DNA of 64,000 nucleotides from an uncultured bacterium (GTDB lineage: Bacteria; Patescibacteriota; Minisyncoccia; Phycocordibacterales; GCA-2401445). This document shows positions 1 through 9,661 of the stretch, one piece after another (the first letter of the stretch is position 1; each line of letters starts with the position of its first letter). The DNA lies in the NCBI GenBank assembly GCA_937952265.1, contig CALFYW010000055.1, forward strand, positions 58,478 through 122,477, in the 5' to 3' direction. The position numbers and the translations under genes were made by a program. The notes beneath the pieces are model-generated. The model saw nothing but the letters and a program-made list of their open reading frames with translations, ran no database searches and was not told where the DNA came from.

Positions 1-173
1 ACTGAAACTGGTGGGGTAAACTACTACACCCTGCGCGGCAAGCCATTGTCGACATCTTTCAATTTCATCAGGAGCAGCATGCCGCGACACCCCAGCCGAG
101 CTATCCACTTCTCGAGATCTATCTCGCGGTCGGAGCAGAATTTCAAACTCGATCTCGTTTGACGTCGCCATCC

Positions 174-1562
174 TTATAATACTGCCTCAACCGCGCGTAA
201 CGCGTCAACGAGTCCGAATCCGGTGGCGCCGTCTGGGCCTGGCGCCGCATTTCGCCCATGGGCATTGGTCCCGGTCGTAATATCCCGCGCCGTATATTTG
301 AGAAGATTCCGGATTTCGAGGGGCGTCAGGTCGGGATCGATTTCCTTTAACAATGCACAGACTCCGGCAACCATTGGGGAGGCTGCCGAGGTTCCGCTAA
401 AGGCGCCCCATCCGCCGCCTCGTTCCAATACAGCGTTCTGCTCAACGGGAAGAATGATGTAGTCCGCAGTTGGAGGAATACCGCAAAGTCCGCAAATATC
501 AGGGGTCTCACGGCCGGGAAACCACGTGGAAGCAAAACCGCTGGTGTACGGAGTGGCTGCGTATTGTAGTTGATCGTTGACGACAACACCACCGACAGAG
601 AGCACTTCCGGCATACTCCCGGGAAAGCCAAAATGTCCGTTGCCAGCGGAGAAGCAAACGGTGATCCCGCGGCTAACCGCATCCAAAACTGTGAGGTAGA
701 GCGGACGCAACCAGTTTGGCATCCCGGTGCCGGGCAGATCTACACTATACCCCCAACTGCACGTTATGACGCTCGGGCGCAGTTCAATCGCCGTTTTCAT
801 TGCGAGAGTTGGATTTCCCATTTTGAGGCCGATAAAGTTGATTCCTGGCGCTGTGGCCAATAAGTTTGCGCATTCACCGGTTCCATGGCCATGCGGATCT
901 GTTGCATGATCGAGGACGTCCGGGGCGGCAACCGAGAGAAAGTTGTATCCTTGATCAAGAAAGTATGGATGCTCGTAAAAACCGGTATCCGGCATCACCA
1001 CGCGGACCCCCTTTCCCGTGATACCACGACGATGGACGGCACTCGCGTTCATTATCTGCGCCACGTCATTTGGAACTCGAAGGCGGAACTTGTCCGTCCA
1101 ATAGGGTGGAATCGGTCGTTCATTGGCAAACAGTATGGGGTCATGCTGGATATATGCACGATCAATCAACTGATCGAGGCCGTCAACCGACGGCAACGCC
1201 CATGGGTCACTGCTTACCGGTGACTGCATGACATACTCTTTGGAAACTTTCGCCTGCTTCGGAGGACGGTGTTCACTGATTCTCGTTGAAAAGAATGATT
1301 CGAACTTTTTCCCTGGACACGTAGCCGAAATGCTAAACTCACCAACATGATGGACCGTAATCCCGTTGCGCTGCAGTTTTCTCGCGACCTCAACAACTTT
1401 ATCCTTCGGTGGACGATAGTCGTCGAGGTTAACCACTGTTGGAAAAGCATTCTCCGCGAATACCGATTTTTGTCCGGATTCCGGCGTTACGACGACTTCG
1501 AAGTTCACGCTTTCCCGGCGAATTGATGTCGTTGATTTGGATTGCTTGCGTTTTGCGGGCAT
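174..1562 (-). CDS. Subtilisin-like serine peptidase (S8 family), no signal peptide, with N-terminal propeptide-like region
   Basis: Catalytic motifs in S8 order: Asp in VVMPDTGF, His in DPHGHGTGEC, Ser in SGTSAASPMVAG. N-terminus MPAKRKQSK is charged and not hydrophobic, so no Sec signal. A region resembling an I9 propeptide precedes the catalytic domain. Confidence 0.8.
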   Translation of the reverse strand: MPAKRKQSKSTTSIRRESVNFEVVVTPESGQKSVFAENAFPTVVNLDDYRPPKDKVVEVARKLQRNGITVHHVGEFSISATCPGKKFESFFSTRISEHRPPKQAKVSKEYVMQSPVSSDPWALPSVDGLDQLIDRAYIQHDPILFANERPIPPYWTDKFRLRVPNDVAQIMNASAVHRRGITGKGVRVVMPDTGFYEHPYFLDQGYNFLSVAAPDVLDHATDPHGHGTGECANLLATAPGINFIGLKMGNPTLAMKTAIELRPSVITCSWGYSVDLPGTGMPNWLRPLYLTVLDAVSRGITVCFSAGNGHFGFPGSMPEVLSVGGVVVNDQLQYAATPYTSGFASTWFPGRETPDICGLCGIPPTADYIILPVEQNAVLERGGGWGAFSGTSAASPMVAGVCALLKEIDPDLTPLEIRNLLKYTARDITTGTNAHGRNAAPGPDGATGFGLVDALRAVEAVL

Positions 1563-1844
1563 TTTTGTTTCCTCCGATTTTGACTCAACCCCGAAGGGCT
1601 ATACCAATATTGAGTCAGGTTCATGGGTCCATCGATCCGATCTCAAATCTCATCCTGTTTCGCCAACTCAAAGACAAGGATCAAATTCCCCTGTGCCTCG
1701 AAGGTCGCGACGAGTTTCCTCGCTTGATTTCGGGATGCCTGAGATACGCAGGCTTGTCGAACTGCTTTCTCCAAGTTTGCGGTTGCAGCGAGGTCCAGCT
1801 TCTCTAAGTGAATGTCTGTTTGAATTGGCATTTTACGAAGTGGT

Positions 1845-2498
1845 TTATGGGATGATTATGATTCCTTGCGTTTTCAACGAGTTAAAGATCTCGTCCAAGT
1901 TTTGCTTGGAGGGTTGCGACGGCTTTCCATCCTGAAAGCTGTCCCAGTTTGGGAATCCGACAGACGTCACTGCCGCTTCGATAGTTGGTCGCATGTCGGG
2001 ATTCTCAATATAGACTTCAGCCAGTTTTGCTTTTCGCTCTCGAATGTCAGCGTCGACTGACTGAATCGATTCAAGTGCCATCAGTGCTTTCACTGATCCT
2101 TCGTCGATCTTTCCGTCTTGGTCCCGCAGGAAGAGACTTGCAGCACCGGGCTGCTCAACCGCGTTCTTCCCAACGGCTAAGCGCTGATAGATTCCGGCGT
2201 CGCTATTGAATATTCCATTGAATCGTATTTCCATTAAGACATCGGGGACGTCGAGCGCGCCAGATCCACTGTCACCCGCATCTTCGGTTGCATCGCGATT
2301 CGTCGGTACCAGGGCGAGCTCCGCCCGGTTATACCCGAGCTTGCCTTGAGGGGATTGATTGGCCGGATTCTGCTGGAGTTCGAGGCCGATGACGGTTCCG
2401 GTAGAGGCTACCACCATCTGACGCTGGTTTGTGCACCCGGATCCAAGTGCGAGTGAGATCAGCAGCATTCCGACCGGATAGAGGTAAAGGGTTTTCAT
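1845..2498 (-). CDS. Hypothetical lipoprotein (start at internal Met MKTLYLYPVGMLLISLALGSGC)
   Basis: Lipobox L-G-S-G-C follows a hydrophobic signal segment. The ATG at 2498 is in frame. It lies between the second lipoprotein gene and the S8 peptidase on the same strand. Confidence 0.45.
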   Translation of the reverse strand: MKTLYLYPVGMLLISLALGSGCTNQRQMVVASTGTVIGLELQQNPANQSPQGKLGYNRAELALVPTNRDATEDAGDSGSGALDVPDVLMEIRFNGIFNSDAGIYQRLAVGKNAVEQPGAASLFLRDQDGKIDEGSVKALMALESIQSVDADIRERKAKLAEVYIENPDMRPTIEAAVTSVGFPNWDSFQDGKPSQPSKQNLDEIFNSLKTQGIIIIP

Positions 2499-2538
2499 GA
2501 TTGAGTCTAATCCTCTGTATCGACTTTCAATTCTTCGA

Positions 2539-2973
2539 CTATTGTTCGTGATTAAGGTTTTCGGGTATTTGCTCGCTTTGGACACTGAGTCTTCCAAATG
2601 GTCGATGTTCAACTGAAACCCGGACATCTGAACTCCGTGAAGGAACTGTCGTTACCAGTGAACTATGATAGCCGACGGATGCTGTCGGCCCCGAATGATC
2701 AGTGTAACTGGCCCCAATCGCATGCTGGTTTGAAACCACTACTGACGAATTGTTCTTGGGCTTTGAGAGGGATACCCAGCCAAATCCAACAATAATGAAA
2801 CGAGCCCGCTCCTCACTGTTTTCCAGGGGAATTGCCACACCGCCACCGTCGGCAATCCGATTCTTGGGCGCCTGACACCCAGAGGATACCATCCACACGG
2901 CGAACAACATGATGGTAAGCAGAACTTCACGGAGGATTCTGCCACCGCCCTCGAGCCACGAGGCACTTTCCAT
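2539..2973 (-). CDS. Hypothetical small lipoprotein
   Basis: Signal peptide plus lipobox (LLTIMLFAVWMVSSGC). Same orientation as the downstream lipoprotein and the S8 peptidase. Start chosen at MESASW; the ORF track extends to 3009. Confidence 0.35.
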   Translation of the reverse strand: MESASWLEGGGRILREVLLTIMLFAVWMVSSGCQAPKNRIADGGGVAIPLENSEERARFIIVGFGWVSLSKPKNNSSVVVSNQHAIGASYTDHSGPTASVGYHSSLVTTVPSRSSDVRVSVEHRPFGRLSVQSEQIPENLNHEQ

Positions 2974-3406
2974 TTGTGTTACCGATGGTGAGTGGTAGTG
3001 GATTTTCACGGGCCCGGCGGTTGTTCCGTATCGATATACGTCAAATCCCGTAGAATCCTTTCAAACAAAGGATGCGATGGCCCGGATTCAATAACGCACC
3101 GACCTCCGTGTAGCTTCGGTTCCCAGAAGAATGGGACGATTTCTTAAATCCTCTGAAAGAAACTCCTATTTTGACACGTATATCTGTTCTGACGGCGTCC
3201 TCTCAACACGGCCCATGAGCGCTGTCGGGGCTGTGCTAAGAAGTGGGTGGCGGGAAAACTTTGTCGAGACCGGTTGAAAGCCTTGGACGCGTTCCTCCCG
3301 GATAGGCGCCTCGTTTCGATCAGAATCCCGGGATACGCATGGTTCAACAGATTCCAATAGAAATATTTGAGCACGTGGTCATAACCAGAACAGGACGGAG
3401 GATCAA

Positions 3407-5386
3407 ATGGCAGCAAAACCTTTAAAGTTTGGGAATTCACCGCGGACATTCGATGCTCGTCCGGATACCATTGATTTCCGCGATCGGATGTTTGTCCCGA
3501 CACTCGTTGCAGTTCCGCAAGCAATCGCGCTTGCGGCCTACAAAGAAGTAAAGTGCCCAGTTCTAAATCAGGGAACAGAGGGAGCGTGCACGGGCTTCGG
3601 GCTCGCCGCTGTCGTGAATTTTCTCCTCCGTCGCCGGAATCCTGCCGACACAACCGAGGTGAGTCAGAGAATGCTTTACGAAATGGCCAAGCGCTATGAT
3701 GAGTGGGAGGGTGAGGATTACAGTGGGTCGTCAGCGCGTGGCGCCATGAAAGGCTGGCACAAACACGGTGTATGCACGAGTGACCGCTGGCCCTATTCAC
3801 CCGGTCGGAATGACAGCGGATTGACACGGGAACGAAGCCTGGATGCCATAGACCGGCCGCTCGGCGCGTATTTCCGCGTAAACCATCGCGACATCGTCGC
3901 AATGCACGCCGCATTGACCGAGGTGGAGATTCTTTACGCAACGTCAATTGTCCACGAAGGCTGGAGTCGCGTCGCCGGGAACGGGGATATTCCGTTCGAT
4001 CCGAGATCCACGGGAGGCCATGCGTTTGCAATTGTGGCATTTGATCGTCAGGGATTCTGGATTCAGAACTCCTGGGGGGAGGGATGGGGATTGGATGGTT
4101 TCGCACGGATCAGCTACGATGATTGGTTGCAGAATGCAACCGACGTTTGGGTTGCGCGGCTCGGCGCACCAATCGAGCTGGACTCAGCGCGCTCAGTGTC
4201 GATCGGAACAAATGTCCACTCGGGAAACCCAGAAGCGTATACGGCATATGAACTGCGACCGCACATCGTTGCGATCGGAAATGATGGAAAGTTGCGGTCG
4301 CATGGAGCCTACGGAACCGACGAGAACGCCGTGAACGAGCTGTTTGGGCGCTCACTTCCCGAGATTACCGCAGCCTGGAAGAAGAAGCGAATCTTGCTTT
4401 ACGCGCATGGCGGCCTTGTCTCCGAGAAGTCTGCCCTGCAGACCCTCTCCGAGAATCGCGAAGCACTTCTCGAGAATGAGGTTTACCCCATATCCTTCAT
4501 TTGGAAGTCGGACTTTTGGACGACGCTCAAGAATATTCTGAACGACTCCTTGCGTCGTCGAAAGCCCGAGGGGTTACTTGACGCGACCAAGGATTTTCTG
4601 TTGGACCGATTAGACGACGCGCTCGAGCCAATTGCACGGCTTACGACGGGTAAGATGCAATGGGATGAGATGAAGGAAAACGCACTCGCCGCTACCGAGT
4701 CGGCCAACGGTGGTGCATCGATCCTGCTCAAACGATTGGAAACGCTTTTGAAAGCGGATCCAACGTGGGAGATTCACCTTGTTGGCCATAGCGCAGGATC
4801 GATCTTCCTTGCCCCAATCGTTCAATTGATCACCGGATCGGGAAGAATTGCGGCCGGTCTTTTGAAAAACCGTTCCGGGTTAGGCCGCAGCATCCAGAGT
4901 CTCAGTCTCTGGGCTCCGGCATGTACGATTGAGCTTTTCAACGCATATTATTCAAAACCACTCAAGGAACAGAAGATCCGCGACTTTGCGTTGTATACCC
5001 TAACGGATCGGGCAGAGCAGGACGATCACTGTGCGAGGATATATAACAAGTCGCTGCTGTATCTGGTGTCGAATGCGTTTGAAGATAAACCGAGGATCCC
5101 ATTGTTTCGCGATGGAATTCCCATACTCGGTATGGAGAAGTTCGTAAGTCAAGATGCTCGATTACAGCAATTGCTCAAACTGAAGCACTGTCGAATGATT
5201 CTCTCACCTGACGGGAGTGCAGCGAATGCAACCTCGCACGGGGGATTTGATGATGACCGAGCCACCAAGGAGTCAACGTTTGCGAGAATCCAGGGAAAAC
5301 GCAGTGTATCACTCGGTGGAATCGCGCATCTCGGAACGGCGAGTGTTCGCGAGCGGAGGCGGCGACTGAACGATGGAACGATTTAG
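3407..5386 (+). CDS. Fusion protein: N-terminal papain-like cysteine peptidase (C1 family) and C-terminal alpha/beta-hydrolase (serine esterase/lipase-like)
   Basis: Papain triad signatures: NQGTEGACTGFG (Cys), GGHAFAIVAFD (His), NSWGEGWG (Asn-Ser-Trp-Gly). The C-terminal half carries YAHGGLV and the nucleophile-elbow GHSAGS (GxSxG). No signal peptide. Confidence 0.65.
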   Translation: MAAKPLKFGNSPRTFDARPDTIDFRDRMFVPTLVAVPQAIALAAYKEVKCPVLNQGTEGACTGFGLAAVVNFLLRRRNPADTTEVSQRMLYEMAKRYDEWEGEDYSGSSARGAMKGWHKHGVCTSDRWPYSPGRNDSGLTRERSLDAIDRPLGAYFRVNHRDIVAMHAALTEVEILYATSIVHEGWSRVAGNGDIPFDPRSTGGHAFAIVAFDRQGFWIQNSWGEGWGLDGFARISYDDWLQNATDVWVARLGAPIELDSARSVSIGTNVHSGNPEAYTAYELRPHIVAIGNDGKLRSHGAYGTDENAVNELFGRSLPEITAAWKKKRILLYAHGGLVSEKSALQTLSENREALLENEVYPISFIWKSDFWTTLKNILNDSLRRRKPEGLLDATKDFLLDRLDDALEPIARLTTGKMQWDEMKENALAATESANGGASILLKRLETLLKADPTWEIHLVGHSAGSIFLAPIVQLITGSGRIAAGLLKNRSGLGRSIQSLSLWAPACTIELFNAYYSKPLKEQKIRDFALYTLTDRAEQDDHCARIYNKSLLYLVSNAFEDKPRIPLFRDGIPILGMEKFVSQDARLQQLLKLKHCRMILSPDGSAANATSHGGFDDDRATKESTFARIQGKRSVSLGGIAHLGTASVRERRRRLNDGTI

Positions 5387-5962
5387 ACTGCCACACATGT
5401 TCGTTCCGATTACGGCGGTTGAACTCTCGCGAAGCGTTTTCACCAGTCCCTGGCTAAGGCGGTTCTTCGGTTCTGCAAAATGCTCACCCGGATGGGACTC
5501 GGAAGGCCTTGCTACTCTGCGTACCGACTGGCTGCATCAACGGCCAGCTGCCAGGCGGTGGTGCTGGACGGAAAGATGGTCCGCGACCACATCGGTTTGC
5601 TCATTCTGGCCTAGCGGCGGCGCTTCTGGGAAAGCTACTTGCGCTGCACGGCAACTAATCATGGCCGACACCCGCTGAGCGAGCCGCATTGCTCTGGCAG
5701 CCTCGCACGATTCAAACTCATTTTGGTTATGGTTCCCGCCAGCCGTCGGAGAGGGGCGGTGGAGCGGGTTGTCGCGGTATCGGCCGATTCTCCTCAGGGG
5801 GTGGATTAAGGGAAATAGGGATATTGTCCGATGGTCATTCAGGGTTGTTAATGATAGATCTTTAAGTTTGATTCACGTGCGCGAATCAATCATCCTCCGA
5901 CCTTGGGCTCAGCGTAACGAAAGGTTTTCTTGGTCAGCATGAAAATTTTACAAAACGGCTAT

Positions 5963-5990
5963 TGACGCGGGTTGAGTTTTCGGATATGAC
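5963..5990 (+). promoter_or_regulatory. Candidate sigma70-like promoter (TTGACG, 16-nt spacer, TATGAC), followed by GGAGG and a 6-codon mini-ORF (MKNRVF, 6009..6029)
   Basis: Read directly: ttgacg cgggttgagttttcgga tatgac aaattGGAGGagactgctATGaaaaatcgtgtcttttga. Sits in the 870-bp AT-richer spacer upstream of the HTH/ImmA pair. Confidence 0.25.
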
Positions 5991-6253
5991 AAATTGGAGG
6001 AGACTGCTATGAAAAATCGTGTCTTTTGAGCACGTTTTGTTGCTTGGCTCCGAAGGGCTTTCCTTCGAAGCCGAGTTGCATTACGGAAACCTTCGATCCA
6101 TATGCCCCTACTTGCCCGACCTGCTCTTCAGGAACAGATCCGGTATTGCTCCCCCCCTATACCACGCCGCCAACGCTAGAATTCTTTGCTGAGTCTGATA
6201 TGATAGGATATGGAAGCTGTTGAAAATGAAAAACTTAAATATGGAGCACGAAA

Positions 6254-6730
6254 ATGATGACCAAATCGAAGCTATATGTTGATGAGTATTTCGGCGGTAA
6301 AGAGAGTGTTCGCAATCGACTCTCCGACGCAATCCGCCAAGCACGGAAGCGCGAAGGATTCACGCAAGCTGCTCTCGATGAACTCTGTGGATTCGGTGAG
6401 GCCGAAAAAACGATTCAGATAGGGGATAAGCAATTCTCGTCGAAGGCTCGTGCACGCCTCAGTGATACAAAAGCTATCGAAGATAATCCGAACTTATTGA
6501 GAAGCCAGCACGTTAGTTTGGCAACGGCAGCTTTGGGTCTTAGGCTAACCGAAGTTTTACCATTGACTCTTTCCGGAGAACAAAGACGGACTGTTGCCCA
6601 AGAGATGCGTACAGGAAAGGGTGCCGGCGTGTTATATGGTTCAAGTGGACCTGACCCCGATGACATTCCTTTGGAATCTCAAGCGGAGCTTCATGTTCTC
6701 TTACGAGTGCTTTCGGAGATTGACGACTGA
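6254..6730 (+). CDS. XRE-family HTH-like regulator (partner of the ImmA/IrrE peptidase)
   Basis: HTH-like segment LSDAIRQARKREGFTQAALDELCGF. Lies immediately upstream of and co-directional with a HEXXH ImmA/IrrE-type gene. Confidence 0.45.
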   Translation: MMTKSKLYVDEYFGGKESVRNRLSDAIRQARKREGFTQAALDELCGFGEAEKTIQIGDKQFSSKARARLSDTKAIEDNPNLLRSQHVSLATAALGLRLTEVLPLTLSGEQRRTVAQEMRTGKGAGVLYGSSGPDPDDIPLESQAELHVLLRVLSEIDD

Positions 6731-6778
6731 GCAAAATCTGAGTTGACCCAGCGTCGACCAATTGAATAACATCGTTAG

Positions 6779-7351
6779 ATGTTACCACACCTCGACGACT
6801 ACCACTCATGTGCCAAGGAAGCCTGCGTTTACGCGCAGGCTTTTATTTCGAGCAGCTATTATACGAATAGTAAATTTGCCGAATTCGTAGAATGTGGTCC
6901 CGGCAGTCCGCATTTGCGCTATTGGCTACTTTCGATAATCAATTTTATTACAGACGTTACAGGAATAAGGATTCTCTTTGGCCCTTTACCGGTGCGCGGC
7001 TATGGCTCCTGGTTGTGTTTATCTGACGGTGATGATTATGCCGTTGTTGTCGACGAGTCACAATTGAATATCTGGGCGCAAGAATCTGGGATGCCGGCAA
7101 AGATCCAAGCAATTCGTTCAATCGTCCATGAATTAGGACATTTTATCTTGTCCCAAAAGCTTCCAGCTCGATCCGGTTCAACGTCAGATCCTGGAAGGAT
7201 TGGAGTTCCCATAAGATCGGTCCGTCCCATTGAAGAGGAAAAGGCTTGGATATTCGCATTCGTCTTCTTTGCAGTAATAAATGGTCACTATGCGCGAAGT
7301 TCGCGCGAGCTGCCCCGGAATCGCGATGACGGTTGCAAAGTATTTGTTTAA
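6779..7351 (+). CDS. ImmA/IrrE-family (COG2856-like) zinc metallopeptidase
   Basis: HEXXH motif in SIVHELGHFIL. Size of about 190 aa and pairing with an upstream XRE-HTH gene are typical of ImmA/IrrE anti-repressor proteases in mobile elements. Confidence 0.55.
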   Translation: MLPHLDDYHSCAKEACVYAQAFISSSYYTNSKFAEFVECGPGSPHLRYWLLSIINFITDVTGIRILFGPLPVRGYGSWLCLSDGDDYAVVVDESQLNIWAQESGMPAKIQAIRSIVHELGHFILSQKLPARSGSTSDPGRIGVPIRSVRPIEEEKAWIFAFVFFAVINGHYARSSRELPRNRDDGCKVFV

Positions 7352-7452
7352 TCTGGAGGAAGCCAGCAAGTGCGGCCTTGGCCGGCAGGCGCATGACATA
7401 TTTCGGATATCTCTTTTTCGCGCGGTGTGTCTGGAAGCAGCACTGTCGGGAT

Positions 7453-8766
7453 TCAGTCAATCGGCTCATTGGGCGAAAGACTCCGTGCGCTGAAGGGAAG
7501 TGTCATCGCGCCGTCGATCAAGAGTTTGATGACCACCTCATAGTTTGGCAAATTGACAATATCCCGGATCACAAAACGCGACAGAAACTCCCGTTCAAGA
7601 ACCTCCGCGTCCGCGCTTCCAACACGAAAGCAAATTAGGGTTCCGACGTTTCCGAGAATGGCGTCCCTTATCGAGAGTTCAAGTTGCGAAAGGAATTGGT
7701 GAGCGAGAATGAGGTTCAAGCGGTATTTCCGCAACTCGGATAGAAGGGTCACCAAGCTTGGTGTGGTGAAGTTGTGGAATTCATCGAGATAGAGGTAGAA
7801 ATCTCGGCGACCCCACTCGGGTTTGTTTGAACGTGATAGTGCCGCCAAACCGAGGCTTGAGACCAGAAGCGCACCAAGGAGGGTCGAAGCATCCTCGCCA
7901 ATCTTCCCCTTGGCGACGTTGACCAGGAGGATCTTTCCCGTATCCATGGCGGTTCGCGGGTTGAATCCACTGCGAACTTGAGTAAGGATCCGGTTTACGA
8001 AAGGGTTGCCGAGGAACGCCCCCACCTTGTTCTGGACCGGTGCGATGGCCTCGGCCCGCAAGCGGGGCGGGTACCCTTCAAACTCACGGAGCCAAAATTG
8101 CCGGACCGGCTCGTTTCGGGAGCTCCGTGCCACGGCAATCCGGAATTCCTTGTCAGTGAGAAGCCGCAGGATATCCGCCATGGTTGCGTCCGGGTAGTCG
8201 AGGAGTGCATGGAACGAGTTGCGGAGGATGTGCTCCAGGCGCGGTCCCCAGGAATCAATCCAAAGCTTGTTGAATATCTCAAGAATTCCGGATGCAGCCA
8301 GGGCGCGTTGTTCCTGCGGGATTGACGCAAGGGGATTGAAGCCGAGCGGCTGCGGCGAACTAGCGTCGAAGTAGATGAGGTCGCCGGCGCGATCCTTCGG
8401 GATTTCCCGCAGGATTTCTTCGGTCAGATCGCCATGAGGATCGACGAGCGCAAGGCCCTCGCCGCCTTTAAGGTCCTGCCGGATGAATGTTTTGAGTAAC
8501 GTCGACTTTCCAGTTCCGGTCTTGCCAATGACGTAGCAGTGACTGCGGCGGTCACCTCGCCGGATGCCGACCAGGCGCCCACGATTCCGGAAGGTTGTCC
8601 GGGCAAAATATGTGACGTCATTGTCGCGCTTCTTCCACGGCAGCATTGATCCACGGTGACGGTTGTTTGCCGCCAGGCCAAGGGTGTCCGTGCTGCCGGC
8701 GATGACACGTGGCGCTCCCTTGTACTGAATCACCCCACTCTTACACTGGAGCGTGGAATAGGGCAT
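7453..8766 (-). CDS. TrwB/TraD/VirD4-like type IV coupling protein ATPase domain (soluble, no N-terminal TM segment)
   Basis: Walker A CYVIGKTGTGKSTLL is followed by ALVDPHGD (compare TrwB GATGTGKS...IVDPNGD). Walker B is LYLDEFHNF. Start set at the internal Met (MPYSTLQ, ATG at 8766). The longer ORF-track N-terminus (to 9390) is Arg/Ser/Ala-rich and overlaps the divergent SWIM gene. Confidence 0.55.
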   Translation of the reverse strand: MPYSTLQCKSGVIQYKGAPRVIAGSTDTLGLAANNRHRGSMLPWKKRDNDVTYFARTTFRNRGRLVGIRRGDRRSHCYVIGKTGTGKSTLLKTFIRQDLKGGEGLALVDPHGDLTEEILREIPKDRAGDLIYFDASSPQPLGFNPLASIPQEQRALAASGILEIFNKLWIDSWGPRLEHILRNSFHALLDYPDATMADILRLLTDKEFRIAVARSSRNEPVRQFWLREFEGYPPRLRAEAIAPVQNKVGAFLGNPFVNRILTQVRSGFNPRTAMDTGKILLVNVAKGKIGEDASTLLGALLVSSLGLAALSRSNKPEWGRRDFYLYLDEFHNFTTPSLVTLLSELRKYRLNLILAHQFLSQLELSIRDAILGNVGTLICFRVGSADAEVLEREFLSRFVIRDIVNLPNYEVVIKLLIDGAMTLPFSARSLSPNEPID

Positions 8767-8812
8767 CGCAGACGCGCTGCCACGGAAAACAACGTGATCC
8801 CTTACAAGCACC

Positions 8813-9661
8813 ATGAAAGCTGAAGAACTCATGCAACGACAAGCACGAGCGGCGGAGGAGCCGTTCGTCATCACGAAGACCGAGCACGGATACCGTGTCT
8901 GCTCGCCTCGCTCGCCGGGAAACCAATACCTTGTCACTGATACGGGCGACGAGGTCACCTGCACGTGTCCGGACTTTGAACGGAATGCGGCGGATCCGGA
9001 ATGGCGCTGCAAGCACATGATTGCGGTTGCGGCGCAGACCACGGGAGCGAAGGCGGAACAAGCGGGCGACGCATCGACGGCGCATGTGGCCGCCAACACC
9101 GGTCGCGAACCGCATCGCGGGAACGGGAACTCCACGGAATCACCCGCTCTCTCTCGAATCCTTATTAAACGAAGCGTGAGCCCGGATGGGCACATTGATT
9201 CCTTGTCGGTTGAATTCTCCGCGCCACTTAGAAGCCCTGCGGCAGAAGGGATTCGGGAAGAAGCCAAATCGATCCTTCGGATCCAATCTGACATCATCGC
9301 GGATTTCCTTGCCGCGAATCGACCTCGCCGGAGCGAGGAACGAGTGAACGGCGGAGGAGTGGGGCCCGTGGAAGCACGGCTCCTTAGCATTTCCGGAATG
9401 GAAGGCCGCTACGGTCGCCGCCTGTTTCTCAATGTGCTGGTGAACGGGCGCATTGCCAAGCTCTTCGGAAGCCACAAGCAACTCGCTGACGCCCTCGATA
9501 ACGCGGGCTTCGGCGAATTCGGGCAGCAGATTGCTGAAGGCGTTGAGCTCAACCTCCCCTGTCGTGTGGTCACCAAACCGACGCCGGATGGTCGATTCCT
9601 CAATGTCGAGAAGGTGTTGCCACCGAGTAACGGGTCTGGCACTTCCGGAGGTTCGCAATGA
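8813..9661 (+). CDS. SWIM zinc-finger domain protein
   Basis: CxCx(n)CxH signature: TCTCPDFERNAADPEWRCKHMIAV. Its stop overlaps the next gene's start (ATGA). Confidence 0.5.
   Translation: MKAEELMQRQARAAEEPFVITKTEHGYRVCSPRSPGNQYLVTDTGDEVTCTCPDFERNAADPEWRCKHMIAVAAQTTGAKAEQAGDASTAHVAANTGREPHRGNGNSTESPALSRILIKRSVSPDGHIDSLSVEFSAPLRSPAAEGIREEAKSILRIQSDIIADFLAANRPRRSEERVNGGGVGPVEARLLSISGMEGRYGRRLFLNVLVNGRIAKLFGSHKQLADALDNAGFGEFGQQIAEGVELNLPCRVVTKPTPDGRFLNVEKVLPPSNGSGTSGGSQ

Noticed and set aside
3144-4106. 320-aa minus-strand ORF
   Set aside because: It is entirely antisense to the well-supported C1-peptidase/hydrolase gene. The translation is Arg/Ser/Pro-rich low-complexity sequence typical of an off-frame in GC-rich DNA.
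8767-9390. N-terminal 208 codons of the ORF-track version of the T4CP-like gene
   Set aside because: The translation is low-complexity Arg/Ser/Ala-rich and overlaps the divergent SWIM gene. The internal Met at 8766 precedes the conserved ATPase domain.
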